From positions 8,370,001 to 8,434,000 of the forward strand of contig OZ024743.1 of NCBI GenBank assembly GCA_964016885.1: DNA of 64,000 bases, given 5' to 3'. Origin of the DNA: Eledone cirrhosa (Eukaryota). Of the stretch, positions 13,666 through 26,874 are shown piece by piece. The notes beneath the pieces are model-generated. The model did no database searches. It was not told the DNA's origin and worked only from the letters and a program-made list of their open reading frames with translations. Positions within the stretch are counted from its first letter, which is position 1. The number at the start of each line of letters is the position of its first letter. Position numbers and translations under genes: made by a program.

Positions 13666-13794
13666 AAAGATCCAAAGTTACCAAACTTAATCTATCTCAA
13701 AACTACTTCAGAGCCATTTCAAACTTGATCCATCTCAAAGTTATTTCAGAGTTAACTCAAATGTGTGAATCTGTGCATTAATGTATCCCATCTT

Positions 13795-14100
13795 TCAGAA
13801 ACATTTTTTCATGCTCAGAGTTGCTGTAGCATGGAACAAACTACCTGCATCAGTTGTTAGCTGTCAGGACACTGCATCCTTCAAAACTTCTATGCTTCCC
13901 GAAATTCGCCAACACTACACCTGATATTCCCTCTCCATACGCATGCATGCATGTGTGTGTCTGTGTGTATATCATAATTCATACACTGTTCACTTTCATG
14001 ACATTTGTACATTATTCTATGTACTATACATGCACCTTTGATGAGTTGTAGTGCACCTGAGCACTGTACACAATCATTTTCATTATTTTTCTATTATTAT
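13795..14100 (+). mobile_element. CR1-type 3' fragment
   Basis: Matches the 3' end of 6872-7150. Confidence 0.85.
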
Positions 14101-14366
14101 TAAGGTGCAATACTACAAGGTTTTTTAAACTAAGTAATGCAAAGTTATAGAGTTAAGTGAAGTTCAATGACAAAATGAAAAATGTACAGATAAAATTTGC
14201 AGTATTTTTTATGCCTAAAGAAGAAAAGAATCTTTTGTTTGAGTTTGAATTGAGTGGCATAATCATTATAGGTTGGTTCTTGAATCTGAAAATAATTAAA
14301 TAACAAAAATAGTTGTAACTAACTTACAGTTTCTTTTCAAATGTTTCATGTAATTCTCCATTTTAG

Positions 14367-14519
14367 TCATGGTACTCCCAGAAGGGATCACGGGCACTCT
14401 GGCGAAAAAATATATTTACACATAGTATGCTAAGTCAACGCATGCCAACTGATATTGTTTTTGAGAAAAGCGAAAGCAAATATCAGAAGGGTTTCATCAG
14501 TATTGATACAAAAGTTGCT
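14367..14519 (+). CDS. WDR97: WDR97-like exon 4 (SWYSQKGSRA...DTKVA)
   Basis: TTTTAG acceptor, GTAAGT donor, 51 open codons, phase 0/0. Confidence 0.85.
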
Positions 14520-14559
14520 GTAAGTTAGTTTGTTTTATTCCTCTATTCCCTTCTACATT

Positions 14560-16150
14560 CATTTCCATCACACATCTCTCACTGTCACTTTCATCTTTCC
14601 TCAATAAATGAACCAACCATTTCATTCCATTTCTTTACAACTTTCATCACTGACTCTATTTCCATCATCCTCTGCATTTCATTTTTTGTCTTCCCCTCTC
14701 TTAGTGATATTCCATTCATCCACCAGATCATTCTTATTTCCATTCTCTACTGTTTCACATTCATCATACATATCTTACTTCCACCCTTCTCACACATGCA
14801 GCATATGTCTTTCCATTCTGTTTCAGCAACACTCCCTTCCTCATTAGTACACCAGTTAATTGATAGACTTAAATGTAGCTGCCAAATTATTTAATAGTCC
14901 CTTCATACTGCCACATTTTCGATGCATATCATACATTTAATTGAGTTCACTTGAACAACCTTCCTACACACTGCACATTTCTCTGTTCTTTCCACTTTAC
15001 CACTTGCCATCGACTTCACCGTTTTGATATACACCTACATATGTTTTTTCTCTATACATTCCTTCCACCTATTCATCTCCTTCAGTTCATCTATACTATC
15101 TGTTATTGATATCAGGTCATCTGCATGCAGTAACTCCCATGTAAACAGACCTTTACAGCAATTGAGACAAAGACAATTAATTAGAGAGAGGGAGAAAAGC
15201 GAGGCGGGGGGGGGGGGGGTAGATAAAGATGTCGGCATGCCAACAGACATTAAGCACAAAATTATGATCTCTGCCTGTTCGCGAATATAAACGGTTATCA
15301 ATAAATTTACAAAATAGGCTTTCATCTCGAGTTACCTCCCCTTGTGTGGCGTCGGTAGATTTAAAGAAAATAGATGTTTATTCAGAAAGTGCTATTGGTT
15401 GTGTGTGATTGTGTGTATAAACCTATATTATGTATGAGTGCTTCTTTGTGACTACAGGTCTACTTTAGTATGTATGATCTAGCCCTCATAGCCGAAACGC
15501 TAAAATTAAAGAAATTCCAGACGTGAAATCAGAAATCAAAGAGCCTCAAAATAAACCTACTGAAGACTAAAGTTTTAGTGAGTAGGAAAGAGAAGAAGAC
15601 TACCATCAGATAAATGGCCATACTTAATATACAGAAAAATAGTAAATAAGAATGCCATACAGTGTACCTAGTGAATGCGATGCATCTGATCCCTCTTATG
15701 TCCAGTTTCTCCCTCAGTTCATTTATGTTTTGCCGTTCATATATATTACTAGTAAATATCCAATGAAGCATGCAGGCTTCATTTCTTTTCAGTCTTTGCA
15801 GGACCTCTGCACACAGTGCCCAGGCCTTGCTACCATGTAACGTTGCTGTTCGTATATGCACATTATACAATCTGCTCTTTGTTTTAAGGGAAAAACCTTT
15901 AGTAGGTAGCAGTGGTAGTAGCTCCTTGAACTTTGTCCATCCTGTTCTCACTCTGGTTACTGTACTTTCAGAACACCCACTGCCACTGCTGATTTGGTCA
16001 CCCAGGTAGCAACCGTCTACTGCCTCTACAGAATACTCCAAGAATTTGATAGAGCTTGTTTCCTGTGGTCATTTGCTGCTTACTGCTTGCTCCTGTGCAA
16101 TGGCCACATGTAAAACCTACACTCTTAGCTAACCTACTTGAGATCCCACT
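14560..16150 (-). mobile_element. Several decayed RTE fragments
   Basis: WELLHADDL, RVRTGWTKFKELLPLL and LHGSKAWAL remnants. Confidence 0.75.
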
Positions 16151-16987
16151 ACATATATATATCATCATCATCATCATCATTGTTGTTTTCCATTCATTTT
16201 CCCTGCTAACAAGGGTTGGACATGTGACAGTCCCATCAGTATGCAAGTGGAGTCTCTAATTCTCAGGTAGGCCATGGACCTGACATATGATCCCCCGCTT
16301 TACTGAGTGCATTTTATTGTGGTACCAATACTAGGGAAGTTGTCATGTCTTTGGCATAGCTGAATAGTCTTCCTCATCCTTTGTTTAGTTTTCTACAGCT
16401 GTATGTTCTGATGTAGAGTGCAAGAAAGAAGAATGCACTTGAATGGACGTACGTACATGGATGATGTCAGTTGAGTAAAGAAATGCCAGGAGATTCAAAT
16501 GGAAGAGGAAAACTTGAGAAGACAAACAGTATTGATGAAACCCGAGCTTCAGAAAAGGGATGAAGAAAGAACACTGAAAATGGTAGAACGCTGTGTTTGA
16601 GAGGATCTTTCCAACCCATTCTAGTATGTGAAGACAGACGTAAAAGTGAATGTAATGATGGTGGTGATGACGATGATGATAATGATGTACTGAGTAGACA
16701 CAAAATTATAATTAATAAATAGATTGATAAATTACACCTAATATCATGAGCTAATGATGATGTGTCTGTATGTTGTTTGTTTTGCTAGAAGTAGGAACCA
16801 AATTTCCTTCCAATTGCACTCCACCATAAAAAAAAGGGGGAAGAAAACATTGGATAATGTAGTAAAAAGGATTGCTATGGCTGGTATACGTTTGATCATA
16901 AGTCAGTTGAGCTGAACAAGAAGAACAGCTTCTAATATTTTAGAATTGCTTTTGCTAAAAAGTTAAATATATTTCATTTATTTTCAG

Positions 16988-17111
16988 GTGTTCCATACAC
17001 AAACATTGAAACTTTTATATTTAAAAGAAAGGCTTCATAAAGCTTGCATCTGTTCAATGGCCTACTTTAAATTTCATGATACTCTTGTAACAGGTTCTGA
17101 TGAGGGTACTA
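16988..17111 (+). CDS. WDR97: WDR97-like exon 5 (...HKACICSMAY...LVTGSDEGT)
   Basis: TTTTCAG acceptor, GTGAGT donor, phase 0/1; WD40 H...TGSDEG motif. Confidence 0.9.
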
Positions 17112-18419
17112 GTGAGTAACTCTTTTAACTTATTTGATACCAGACCACTTGAAACTGCCCTTGACTCTATGATATGAAACTATCTTAAAGTGCTTATATT
17201 TATCTTTAAAAAATGTTCTGTCATAATTTTATGCATGAATTTTGTTATGTTACAAGTACCAGCTTACCAGCTTAATAATGAGAAAAATAATTATATTACT
17301 TAATTCTTCCAAATTCTTGATTTTATTTTCAAAAATATTTGAAACTAGCTGGCCCTGTGCTGTCAAAAATGACAGCTAATTGTAATATCTATACATAATA
17401 TAAAAAAGAGATGTTTGTTGGTTGGTTGGTTCCTTTGTGCTCATTTATACAAGTGATACAAACACACAAACATACAGCCAATATACACACACAAATGTGA
17501 CAAATCTTAGAACACTGGACTTCTATAGTTTCTCACCACCCCACCTTCCTCAGTCATCAAGAGATTTGTGTCTCTGTAATAATTATTTTTTCTAAGTGTG
17601 TCTGTTTATATATATGTTTCTGTAGATCTGTGTGTGTTTGTAATTCTATTGTCTATGTATCTTTCTAAATAACCACACAAACACATATACACTCACACAA
17701 ATATTCATCATCATCATCATTAATTCTTATTTGTTGTGCTCATAATTTTTGGCTTTAATATATACTGGTTGGATGCCCTTCCTAACACCAGCACCACTTT
17801 ACAGCATGGACTGGGTGCCTTTATTCGTGCCACCAGCACTAGAGAGGTTGTCTTACTGGACTCAGGGGCTCGCATGGATGAATATAATTTACACAAACAC
17901 ATACACAAGCTCTCACATAATCATAACAGCCAATTCGCTATACATATACAAACACAGGTGTTGCAAATGTTAAACACTGCTTTCTGTAGTTTGTCATCGC
18001 CCCTTCCTCAGTTATCTCTAGTGCGTGACAGACAAATACATATTGGCTATCATTATTGGATTGGCAGTATCGGTAGAGCATCAGACACCATGCTTTGCAG
18101 CACAGAGTTATGGCCCTTTACGTTCTGAGTTCAAATCCCACTGATGTTAACTTTACCTTTCATCCATACAGGGTCAATAAAATAAAGCACCAGTAATGCA
18201 CTGGGGTACCAGTATAAAATAAAGCACCAGTAATTGCTGGCCTCGTGCCAAAAGTAGAAACAATTATTATAAGGATGACAATATATTGTATTAATAATCC
18301 TTATAATAATTGTTTCTACTTTAGGCCCAAGGCCAGCAATTTGAAGAGGAGGGAAAAGTATATTAAATCAACCTTTAATCCCCTTCCATTCAATTTGCTG
18401 GTAGAAACAATTATTATAA

Positions 18420-19222
18420 TAATAATAATAATAATGAAATTATTGTGTAAAGTGTTCAGGTGCACTACAACTTGTCAAAGGTGCATGTATAGTACATAGA
18501 ATAATACACAAATGTCAGGGAAGTGAATAGTGTATGAGTCATGATATACATGTGTGTATGCGTATGGAGGGGGAACATTAGGTGTAATGTTGGCGAATCT
18601 CGGGAAGCATGGAGGCCTTAAAGGATGCAGTGTCTCGACAGTTAACAGCTGATGCAGATAGTTTGTTCCATGCTTCAGCAACTCTGAGCGTGAAAAAATG
18701 TTTCCGAAAGTCATAGGAGCTGTGCTGTTTTCTGACTTTGTGGGCATGCCCACGTGTGTTAGACACATGGAAATCAAAAAGGTATTCAGGGTTGTTGTTG
18801 GCAAGATGGTTAATAATTTTGTGGGTGTTTACCAAGTCAGTTGCCAGGCGTCGGAGCTTCAATGTATCCATACCCAGAGAAGCAAAGCGTTCAGAGTATG
18901 GTAGATGCCTGATGGAGGGTATTCGCTTGGTTGCACATCTCTGAACAGTTTCCAGGCGGTCAATGTTCTGAGCAAGATAGGGGTTCCAGACTGGTGATGC
19001 AAATTCTAAGTATGGCCGCACCATAGCTATGTACAGCTTTAAATAGATAGCTGGAGAGCGGCTGACAAAGGTCTTGCTGAGTGATGCTAAGATATTAGTG
19101 CTGTGGAGGGAGTATGTGGAAGCTGGGTTTTTACTCCCAAAATGCATGGTGGTGCACTTGTCCACAGCTAGCTTGAGTTGCCAGTCTGAGATCCATTGTT
19201 GCATTGTGTCCAGGTCAGACTT
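18420..19222 (-). mobile_element. CR1-type 3' fragment with an in-frame internal deletion
   Basis: ORF 18578-19240 equals the 7267 copy minus about 33 codons. Confidence 0.9.
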
Positions 19223-19494
19223 ATTATAATGATGAAACAATTATTATAATGATGATTATTAGAACAATATATTGACATATACGGTGATGAGTAATGGAGA
19301 GCAGTAATGAAAATTCCTGCAAAAGAGAAACCCTGTTACATCTGCCTCTCTTTTATCCTGACTGTCTCCAAAACTCAACTAATCATTTCTCCCGTGCTAA
19401 AGATTTCAGTTGTCATTGGTTAAACAATAATGATATTCCAATGAGAGGAAAGCTTGATTTATGTTACATAAAATGAAAAAATGTTTTCTTTTGG

Positions 19495-19790
19495 AAACAT
19501 TTATTCACGCTCAGAGTTGCTGAAGCATGGAACAAACTACCTGCATCTGTTGTTAGCTGTCGGGACACTGCATCCTTCAAAACTTCCATGTTTCCCCAAA
19601 TTCGCCAACTCTACACCTGATATTCTCCTTCCATACACCTGCACTCATGTGTGTGCCTGTGTATATATCATGACTCATACACTGTTCAATTTCCTGACAT
19701 TTGTGCATTATACTATGTACTATACATGCACCTTTGATGAGTTGTAGTGCACCTGAGCACTGTACACAATCATTTTCATTATTATTATTG
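19495..19790 (+). mobile_element. CR1-type 3' fragment
   Basis: Same 3' end as the other CR1 copies. Confidence 0.85.
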
Positions 19791-20343
19791 TTGGATCATT
19801 ATTTTTGGTAGATTGGCAGTATTGGTAGAGAGTCGGACGCAATGCTTTGCAGCATTGAGTTACGGCCCTTTACGGTCTAAGTTCATATCCTGCCGAGGTT
19901 AACTTTGCCTTTCATCCTTACGGGGTCGATAAAATAAAGTACCAGTAATGCACTGGGATAATTGCTGACCTTGTGCCAAAAGTAGAAACAATTATTGTTA
20001 TTGTTAAAATAGATTTTCTGTTTTCTCTGCTTTTCCCTCCCTTGGTCACATTGCTCTGAATGAATGGAGACAATGGAGACAACATAGAGTAGTGAGGACT
20101 TTTTAGTCTTATATGGTACAAGGCAACTAGTGCTAGTGCCATGATAAGTTGTTGTCAAAGGAACAAAGACAATGTAGAGTAAAGAAGATTCTTTAGTCTT
20201 GCCAAAGGCGTGATAATCTCTCTAATGTTAACGTCAAGTGAAACATGATTCTCCAACATATTCAGGAGAGCAGGAACTCTGAATAAGAAATGATTACCTG
20301 TCCCATTCATGCCAGCATATAAGCAGGCATAAAAATGTTGGTT

Positions 20344-22938
20344 GTGGTTGTGTAGGAGTCATGACAAAAAGCACCCAACCCACACTGTAATGTGGTGTGG
20401 TAGGTATCACGACAAAAAGCACCCAACCCACACTGTAATGTGGTGTGGTAGGTATCACGACAAAAAGCACCCAACCCACACTGTAATGTGGTGTGGTAGG
20501 TATCACGACAAAAAGCACCCAACCCACACTGTAATGTGGTTGTGTAGGAGTCACACAAAAAGCACCCAACCCACACTGTAAAGTGGTCATGTAGGAGTCA
20601 CAACAAAAAGCACCCAACCCACACTGTAATGTGGTTGTATAGGAGTCACGACAAAAAGCACCCAACCCACACTGTAATGTCGTGTGGTAGGTATCACGAC
20701 AAAAAGCACCCAACCCACACTGTAATGTGGTCATGTAGGAGTCACGACAAAAAGCACCCAACCCACACTGTAAAGTGGTCATGTAGGAGTCACAACAAAA
20801 AGCACCCAACCCACACTGTAATGTGGTTGTGTAGGAGTCACAACAAAAAGCACCCAACCCACACTGTAATGTGGTTGTATAGGAGTCACGACAAAAAGCA
20901 CCCAACCCACACTGTAATGTCGTGTGGTAGGTATCACGACAAAAAGCACCCAACCCACACTGTAATGTGGTCATGTAGGAGTCACGACAAAAAGCACCCA
21001 ACCCACACTGTAAAGTGGTCATGTAGGAGTCACAACAAAAAGCACCCAACCCACACTGTAATGTGGTTGTGTAGGAGTCACAACAAAAAGCACCCAACCC
21101 ACACTGTAATGTGGTTGTATAGGAGTCACGACAAAAAGCACCCAACCCACACTGTAATGTGGTGTGGTAGGTATCACGACAAAAAGCACCCAACCCACAC
21201 TGTAATGTGGTCATGTAGGAGTCACGACAAAAAGCACCCAACCTACACTGTAATGTGGTGTGGTAGGTATCACGACAAAAAGCACCCAACCCACACTGTA
21301 ATGTGGTCATGTAGGAGTCACGACAAAAAGCACCCAACCCACACTGTAATGTGGTCATGTAGGAGTCACAACAAAAAGCACCCAACCCACACTGTAATGT
21401 GGTTGTGTAGGAGTCACAACAAAAAGCACCCAACCCACACTGTAATGTGGTTGTATAGGAGTCACGACAAAAAGCACCCAACCCACACTGTAATGTGGTG
21501 TGGTAGGTATCACGACAAAAAGCACCCAACCCACACTGTAATGTGGTCATGTAGGAGTCACGACAAAAAGCACCCAACCTACACTGTAATGTGGTGTGGT
21601 AGGTATCACGACAAAAAGCACCCAACCCACACTGTAATGTGGTCATGTAGGAGTCACGACAAAAAGCACCCAACCCACACTGTAATGTGGTGTGGTAGGT
21701 ATCACGACAAAAAGCACCCAACCCACACTGTAATGTGGTGTGGTAGGTATCACGACAAAAAGCACCCAACCCACACTGTAATGTGGTCATGTAGGAGTCA
21801 CGACAAAAAGCACCCAACCCACACTGTAATGTGGTGTGGTAGGTATCACGACAAAAAGCACCCAACCTACACTGTAATGTGGTGTGGTAGGTATCACGAC
21901 AAAAAGCACCCAACCCACACTGTAATGTGGTCATGTAGGAGTCACGACAAAAAGCTCCCAACCTACACTGTAATGTGGTTGTGTAGGAGTCACGACAAAA
22001 AGCACCCAGCACACACTGTAATGTGGTGTGGTAGGAATCATGACAAAAAGCACCCAGCACACACTGTAATGTGGTTGTGTAGGAGTCACGACAAAAAGCA
22101 CCCAACCCACACTGTAATGTGGTCATGTAGGAGTCGCGACAAAAAGCTCCCAACCTACACTGTAATGTGGTTGTGTAGGAGTCACGACAAAAAGCTCCCA
22201 ACCTACACTGTAATGTGGTTGTGTAGGTGTCATGACAAAAAGCATCCAGCCCACACTGTAATGTGGTTGTGTAGGAGTCACAACAAAAAGCACCCAACCC
22301 ACACTGTAATGTGGTTGTGTAGGAGTCACGACAAAAAGCACCCAACCCACACTGTAATGTGGTTGTGTAGGAGTCACAACAAAAAGCACCCAACCCACAC
22401 TGTAATGTGGTGTGGTAGGTATCACGACAAAAAGCACCCAACCCACACTGTAATGTGGTTGTGTAGGAGTCACGACAAAAAGCACCCAACCCACACTGTA
22501 ATGTGGTCATGTAGGAGTCACGACAAAAAGCACCCAACCTACACTGTAATGTGGTGTGGTAGGTATCACGACAAAAAGCACCCAACCCACACTGTAATGT
22601 GGTGTGATAGGTATCACGACAAAAAGCACCCAACCCACACTGTAAAGTGGTCATGTAGGAGTCACAACAAAAAGCTCCCAACCCACACTGTAATGTGGTT
22701 GTGTAGGAGTCACAACAAAAAGCACCCAACCCACACTGTAATGTGGTTGTGCAGGAGTCACAACAAAAAGCACCCAACCCATACTGTAATGTGGTTGTGT
22801 AGGAGTCACAACAAAAAGCACCCAACCCACACTGTAATGTGGTTGTATAGGAGTCACGACAAAAAGCACCCAACCCCCACTGTAATGTGGTTGTGTAGGA
22901 GTCATGACAAAAAGCACCCAGCACACACTGTGAATGTG
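20344..22938. repeat. 48-bp minisatellite, about 54 units
   Basis: Unit GTGTAGGAGTCACGACAAAAAGCACCCAACCCACACTGTAATGTGGTT with two main variants. Confidence 0.98.
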
Positions 22939-23083
22939 CACATGCTCTCTCATGTCAAGCGAATCCACTGCATTTATACATTTTCCATTACACTTCTTAA
23001 CCATTCAACATTGATATTATTCAATTACACATCTGTGTTTGTATTTATGTAGTTATTACTAGTACACCTTTTTTTTTTTTCAG

Positions 23084-23249
23084 TCAAAATTTGGAGTCAA
23101 AATTGGCGGCTATTGTTGATGTTTGTTGGTCATTCTGAGAGAATTATAAAGCTTTTACCTTTCCCACTAAGTATAGCAAATCTTGTTTCTATAAGTGCTG
23201 ATGAAACTTTAAGAATATGGAATTGGGAAACACAAGAAGAACTCAGAAG
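23084..23249 (+). CDS. WDR97: WDR97-like exon 6 (IKIWS...GHSER...SADETLRIWNW)
   Basis: poly-T CAG acceptor, GTATAT donor, phase 1/2; canonical GH...SAD-TLRIWN WD40 repeat. Confidence 0.92.
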
Positions 23250-24022
23250 GTATATCAGAGATATAACAATTTATAATATTTTTTTCTCTCTTTCCTCTTT
23301 ATCTAGGTAGCGTAAATGTTTTATTCATAAGTTGTTATTGTTTAACCGGAGGTCAGCTCTGATTGAGCAGACCTATAATTGTTTCTACTTTTGGCACAAG
23401 GCCAGCATTTATCCCAGTGCATTACTGGTGCTTTATTTTATTGACCCTGTAGGGATGAAAGGAAAAGCTAACCTCGGCGGGATTTGAACTCAGACTGTAA
23501 AGAGGTGTAACTCTATGCTGCAAAGCATGGCGTCCAACCTTCTACCGATTCTGCCTATCCACCACCCTTAATTAGAACCATTTCAGTTGTAACCAGCCTG
23601 ACCTTCTTTCAGATACTGTGTATCTAGGACTACATTATCTAATGTGTTATCTCATTCCATGACTGTTGGGTGTAATTTCGGTTAAATTTAGCTGCTACTT
23701 CTAGCAGGCTGAGGTGGTCATATAGGAACTTCCACATTGGGTCAATTATTGGCTCATTCATGATTTACTTTATAACAATACTCGTTCTTCCAAAACGTGT
23801 CTATACAGCTTACATATCTCTATGACTGCAATCATTCTATTACATTAGTCTGATATTGTTACATCCTCAACACATCATACACAGCTATGTTTGTGTATGT
23901 AATGCTTTATCTTTGTTATGTGATGATATTATAAGCTGAACAGTTCTGCTAATTTTGGCATATGATATTGTATTTTATACTATGTTTTCAGATATTTCTG
24001 TCAAAGTAACTTCTCAATAAAT

Positions 24023-24144
<122 letters not shown>

Positions 24145-24265
24145 TAATAAGAGGAATTCCAACTTTGTCTGATTCTGATTTACTCGTTTTATTTACAATC
24201 CTTTAAAATTTATAATGGTATTATAATGAAATAGTATGATAGAATATTAAATGTTAAGTGTTAAT

Positions 24266-24304
24266 TGAACAAGTACTTTCATGCTTTCGCAATCTTCAGG
24301 TTCA
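24266..24304 (-). ncRNA. Mirror copy of the minimal hammerhead motif
   Basis: Exact reverse complement of 24382-24420. Confidence 0.8.
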
Positions 24305-24381
24305 TAATGTGTGGTGACACTCAAGTTTGCAAGTTGAAAATTACAGTTGAAAATTGCAAACTTGACTGTCACCACACATTA

Positions 24382-24420
24382 TGAACCTGAAGATTGCGAA
24401 AGCATGAAAGTACTTGTTCA
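24382..24420 (+). ncRNA. Minimal Type I hammerhead ribozyme motif
   Basis: TGAAC-CTGAAGA-TTGC GAAA GCAT-GAAA-GTAC-TT-GTTCA: helix I 5 bp, full core, helix II with GAAA loop, 1-bp helix III with palindromic GTAC. Confidence 0.85.
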
Positions 24421-24586
24421 ATTAACACTTAACATTTAATATTCTATCATACTATTTCATTATAATACCATTATAAATTTTAAAGGATTGTAAATAAAAC
24501 GAGTAAATCAGACAAAGCTGGAATTCCTCTTATTAATATAATCTTCTATACACAATCATACACACCCGTGTATATTTATCTATCTA

Positions 24587-24629
<43 letters not shown>

Positions 24630-26290
24630 GCTCCACTGATGCCCTCTTCCTTGAGGCAGTTACAGGAAAAGTACCTAGCTAAAAGTAAGCCGCTCTACCT
24701 GGCATTCGTCAATCTGGAAAAAGCCTTCAACAGAGTCCCCCCGTGCTCTAATCTGGTGGGCTCTTAGAAAATTAGGAATAGATGAATGGCTTGTGAAAGC
24801 TGTACAAGGCATATATAGAGGAGCAGTCAGCAAAGTTAGGATTAGCAATGAGTATAGCGAGGAATTTAGCATACAGGCCGGTGTCCACCAGGGCTCTGTT
24901 TTTAGCCCTCTCCTGTTCATTATAGTTTTGCAGGCAATAACGGAGGAGTTTAAGACTGGATGCCCATGGGAACTCCTGTATGCGGATGATCTCGCACTTA
25001 TAGCTGAATCCATGGTAGAACTAGAGAAGAAATTCCAAACATGGAAACAGGGACTAGAAAGAAAGGGTCTCAAATTCAACCTGACAAAGACTAAGGTTCT
25101 TGTAAGTAGACGAGAAAACAGAACCCAGATTCCCTCAGGGAAATGGCCTTGCTCAGTATGTAGGAAAGGTGTAGGTAGGAATTCCATCCTCTGCCCCAAA
25201 TGCAAACAATGGCTACACAAGAGATGTAGTGGGATCTCAGGAAGCTTAATTAAGAATGTAGGCTTCACTTGTAGCAGCTGTGCTGGGACAGCAAGCAGCA
25301 AATGACCACAGGAAACAAGCACCACCAAACTCTGGGAGGGCTCTGTAGAAACAGTAGACAGCTTCTGCTACCTAGGTGACCGAACTAGCAGCAGGCGTGG
25401 GTGTTCGGAAAGTACAATAACTAGGGTAAGAACGGGATGGAATAAGTTCAGGGAGCTACTGCCACTGCTAGCTGCAAAAGGTTTTTCCCTCAAAATGAAA
25501 GGCAGACTGTATGATGTGTGTATACGAACAGCAATGTTACGTGGAAGTGAAACCTGGGCGCTGTCTGTAGAAGACTTGCGTAGATTAGAAAGAAACGAAG
25601 CCTGCATGCTCCGATGGATGTGTAATAGTAATATACGTGAACGGCAAAGTATAAACGAATTGAGAGAGAGGCTGAGCATAAGAGGAATAAAATGCTGTGT
25701 GCAGGAATGGCGGTTGCGTTGGTATGAACATGTGATGCGCATGAAGGATGACAGCTGCATAAATAAGTGCAGAGCACTAGAAGTCGATGGAAGCCACAGA
25801 GTGGGGAGACCCAAGAAGACCTGGGATGAGGTAATAAAGGCCGACCTTACCCAATTGCACCTTACCCAATTGCACCTTACCCAATTGCACCTTACCCAAT
25901 TGCACCTTACCCAATGACACACGACCGTAACCTCTGGCGTCACGCAGTAATACAGAAGACCCAACCCCCCACAGGAACAAGCCGAAGCTGAAGCATATAG
26001 ACAATATGCCCCACACCCTCCCACTGCAAAGTGGTCATGGAGGTGCCACGGCAAAAAAGCACCCAGCCCACACTGTAAAGTGGACGTGTAAGCGCCACGG
26101 TAAAAAACACCCAGCACTCACTGTAAATGAGGTTGGTGTTAGGAAGGGCATCCAGCCGTAGAAATCAAGCCAGAATCAGTTCCTGTATGAGCAAGACAAG
26201 GTCAGCCGACTGCTCACAACTAGACAACCCGTCTAACCCATGCTAGCGTGGAAGAATGGACATAAAACGAAGATGATGATGATGATGATA
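24630..26290 (+). mobile_element. 5'-truncated RTE LINE (RT, PHD-like finger, 3' UTR)
   Basis: ORFs 24793-25305 and 25495-25917; internal 15-bp x5 expansion at about 25845-25915; (GAT)n tail. Confidence 0.92.
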
Positions 26291-26457
26291 TATATATTAA
26301 AATAACAGATTAAAGTTTAAGGGTGAAAGCAACGATTCTTTACTTAAACTTTAATCTGTTATTCTAATAAAAATTTGATCTATGGTCCTTATATATTTGA
26401 TATATATTTATCCTTATCGAGCCCTCTTTGGATTTTAGTCTTCACATTTATTATTAT

Positions 26458-26499
<42 letters not shown>

Positions 26500-26756
26500 T
26501 CATCATCGCCGTTTAATGTCCATCTTCCACGCTTGCATGGGTTAGACGGTTTTGTTCCATTTGATGCGGGAATGGTCGGGCGACCGTGTCTCGCTCTCCC
26601 GTCCAACCCCTGCAAGCATGTAAGAACAGACATAAAAATAGTAATGATATATATATATGTAAGTAGTTCCACAACAGTTAATTCACCATTTCTGAGAATG
26701 TCACTTTTGTTCCAAACACTTTTTCCCAACAATATCCTGATTCACACTAATATATA

Positions 26757-26856
26757 CAGGGTGTCCCCAAAAATGTATACACACTTCAACAGCATTCTAA
26801 TAAATATTGCCTATACAGGTAATCTAGTGTGTATACATTTTTGGGGGACACCCCTG
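26757..26856. mobile_element. Tc1/mariner-type MITE
   Basis: TIR CAGGGTGTCCCCAAAAATGTATACACACT and its complement; TA target duplication. Confidence 0.85.
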
Positions 26857-26874
26857 TATATATATATATATATA

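Noticed and set aside
20344-22938. CRISPR-like appearance of the 48-bp array
   Set aside because: No unique spacers; head-to-tail tandem; eukaryotic context with no cas genes.
20294-23052. 876-aa (-) Cys-rich and 807-aa (+) His/Lys-rich ORFs
   Set aside because: They arise from a stop-free 48-bp (16-codon) tandem unit derived from a LINE UTR. There are no unique domains, and the array lies in an intron.
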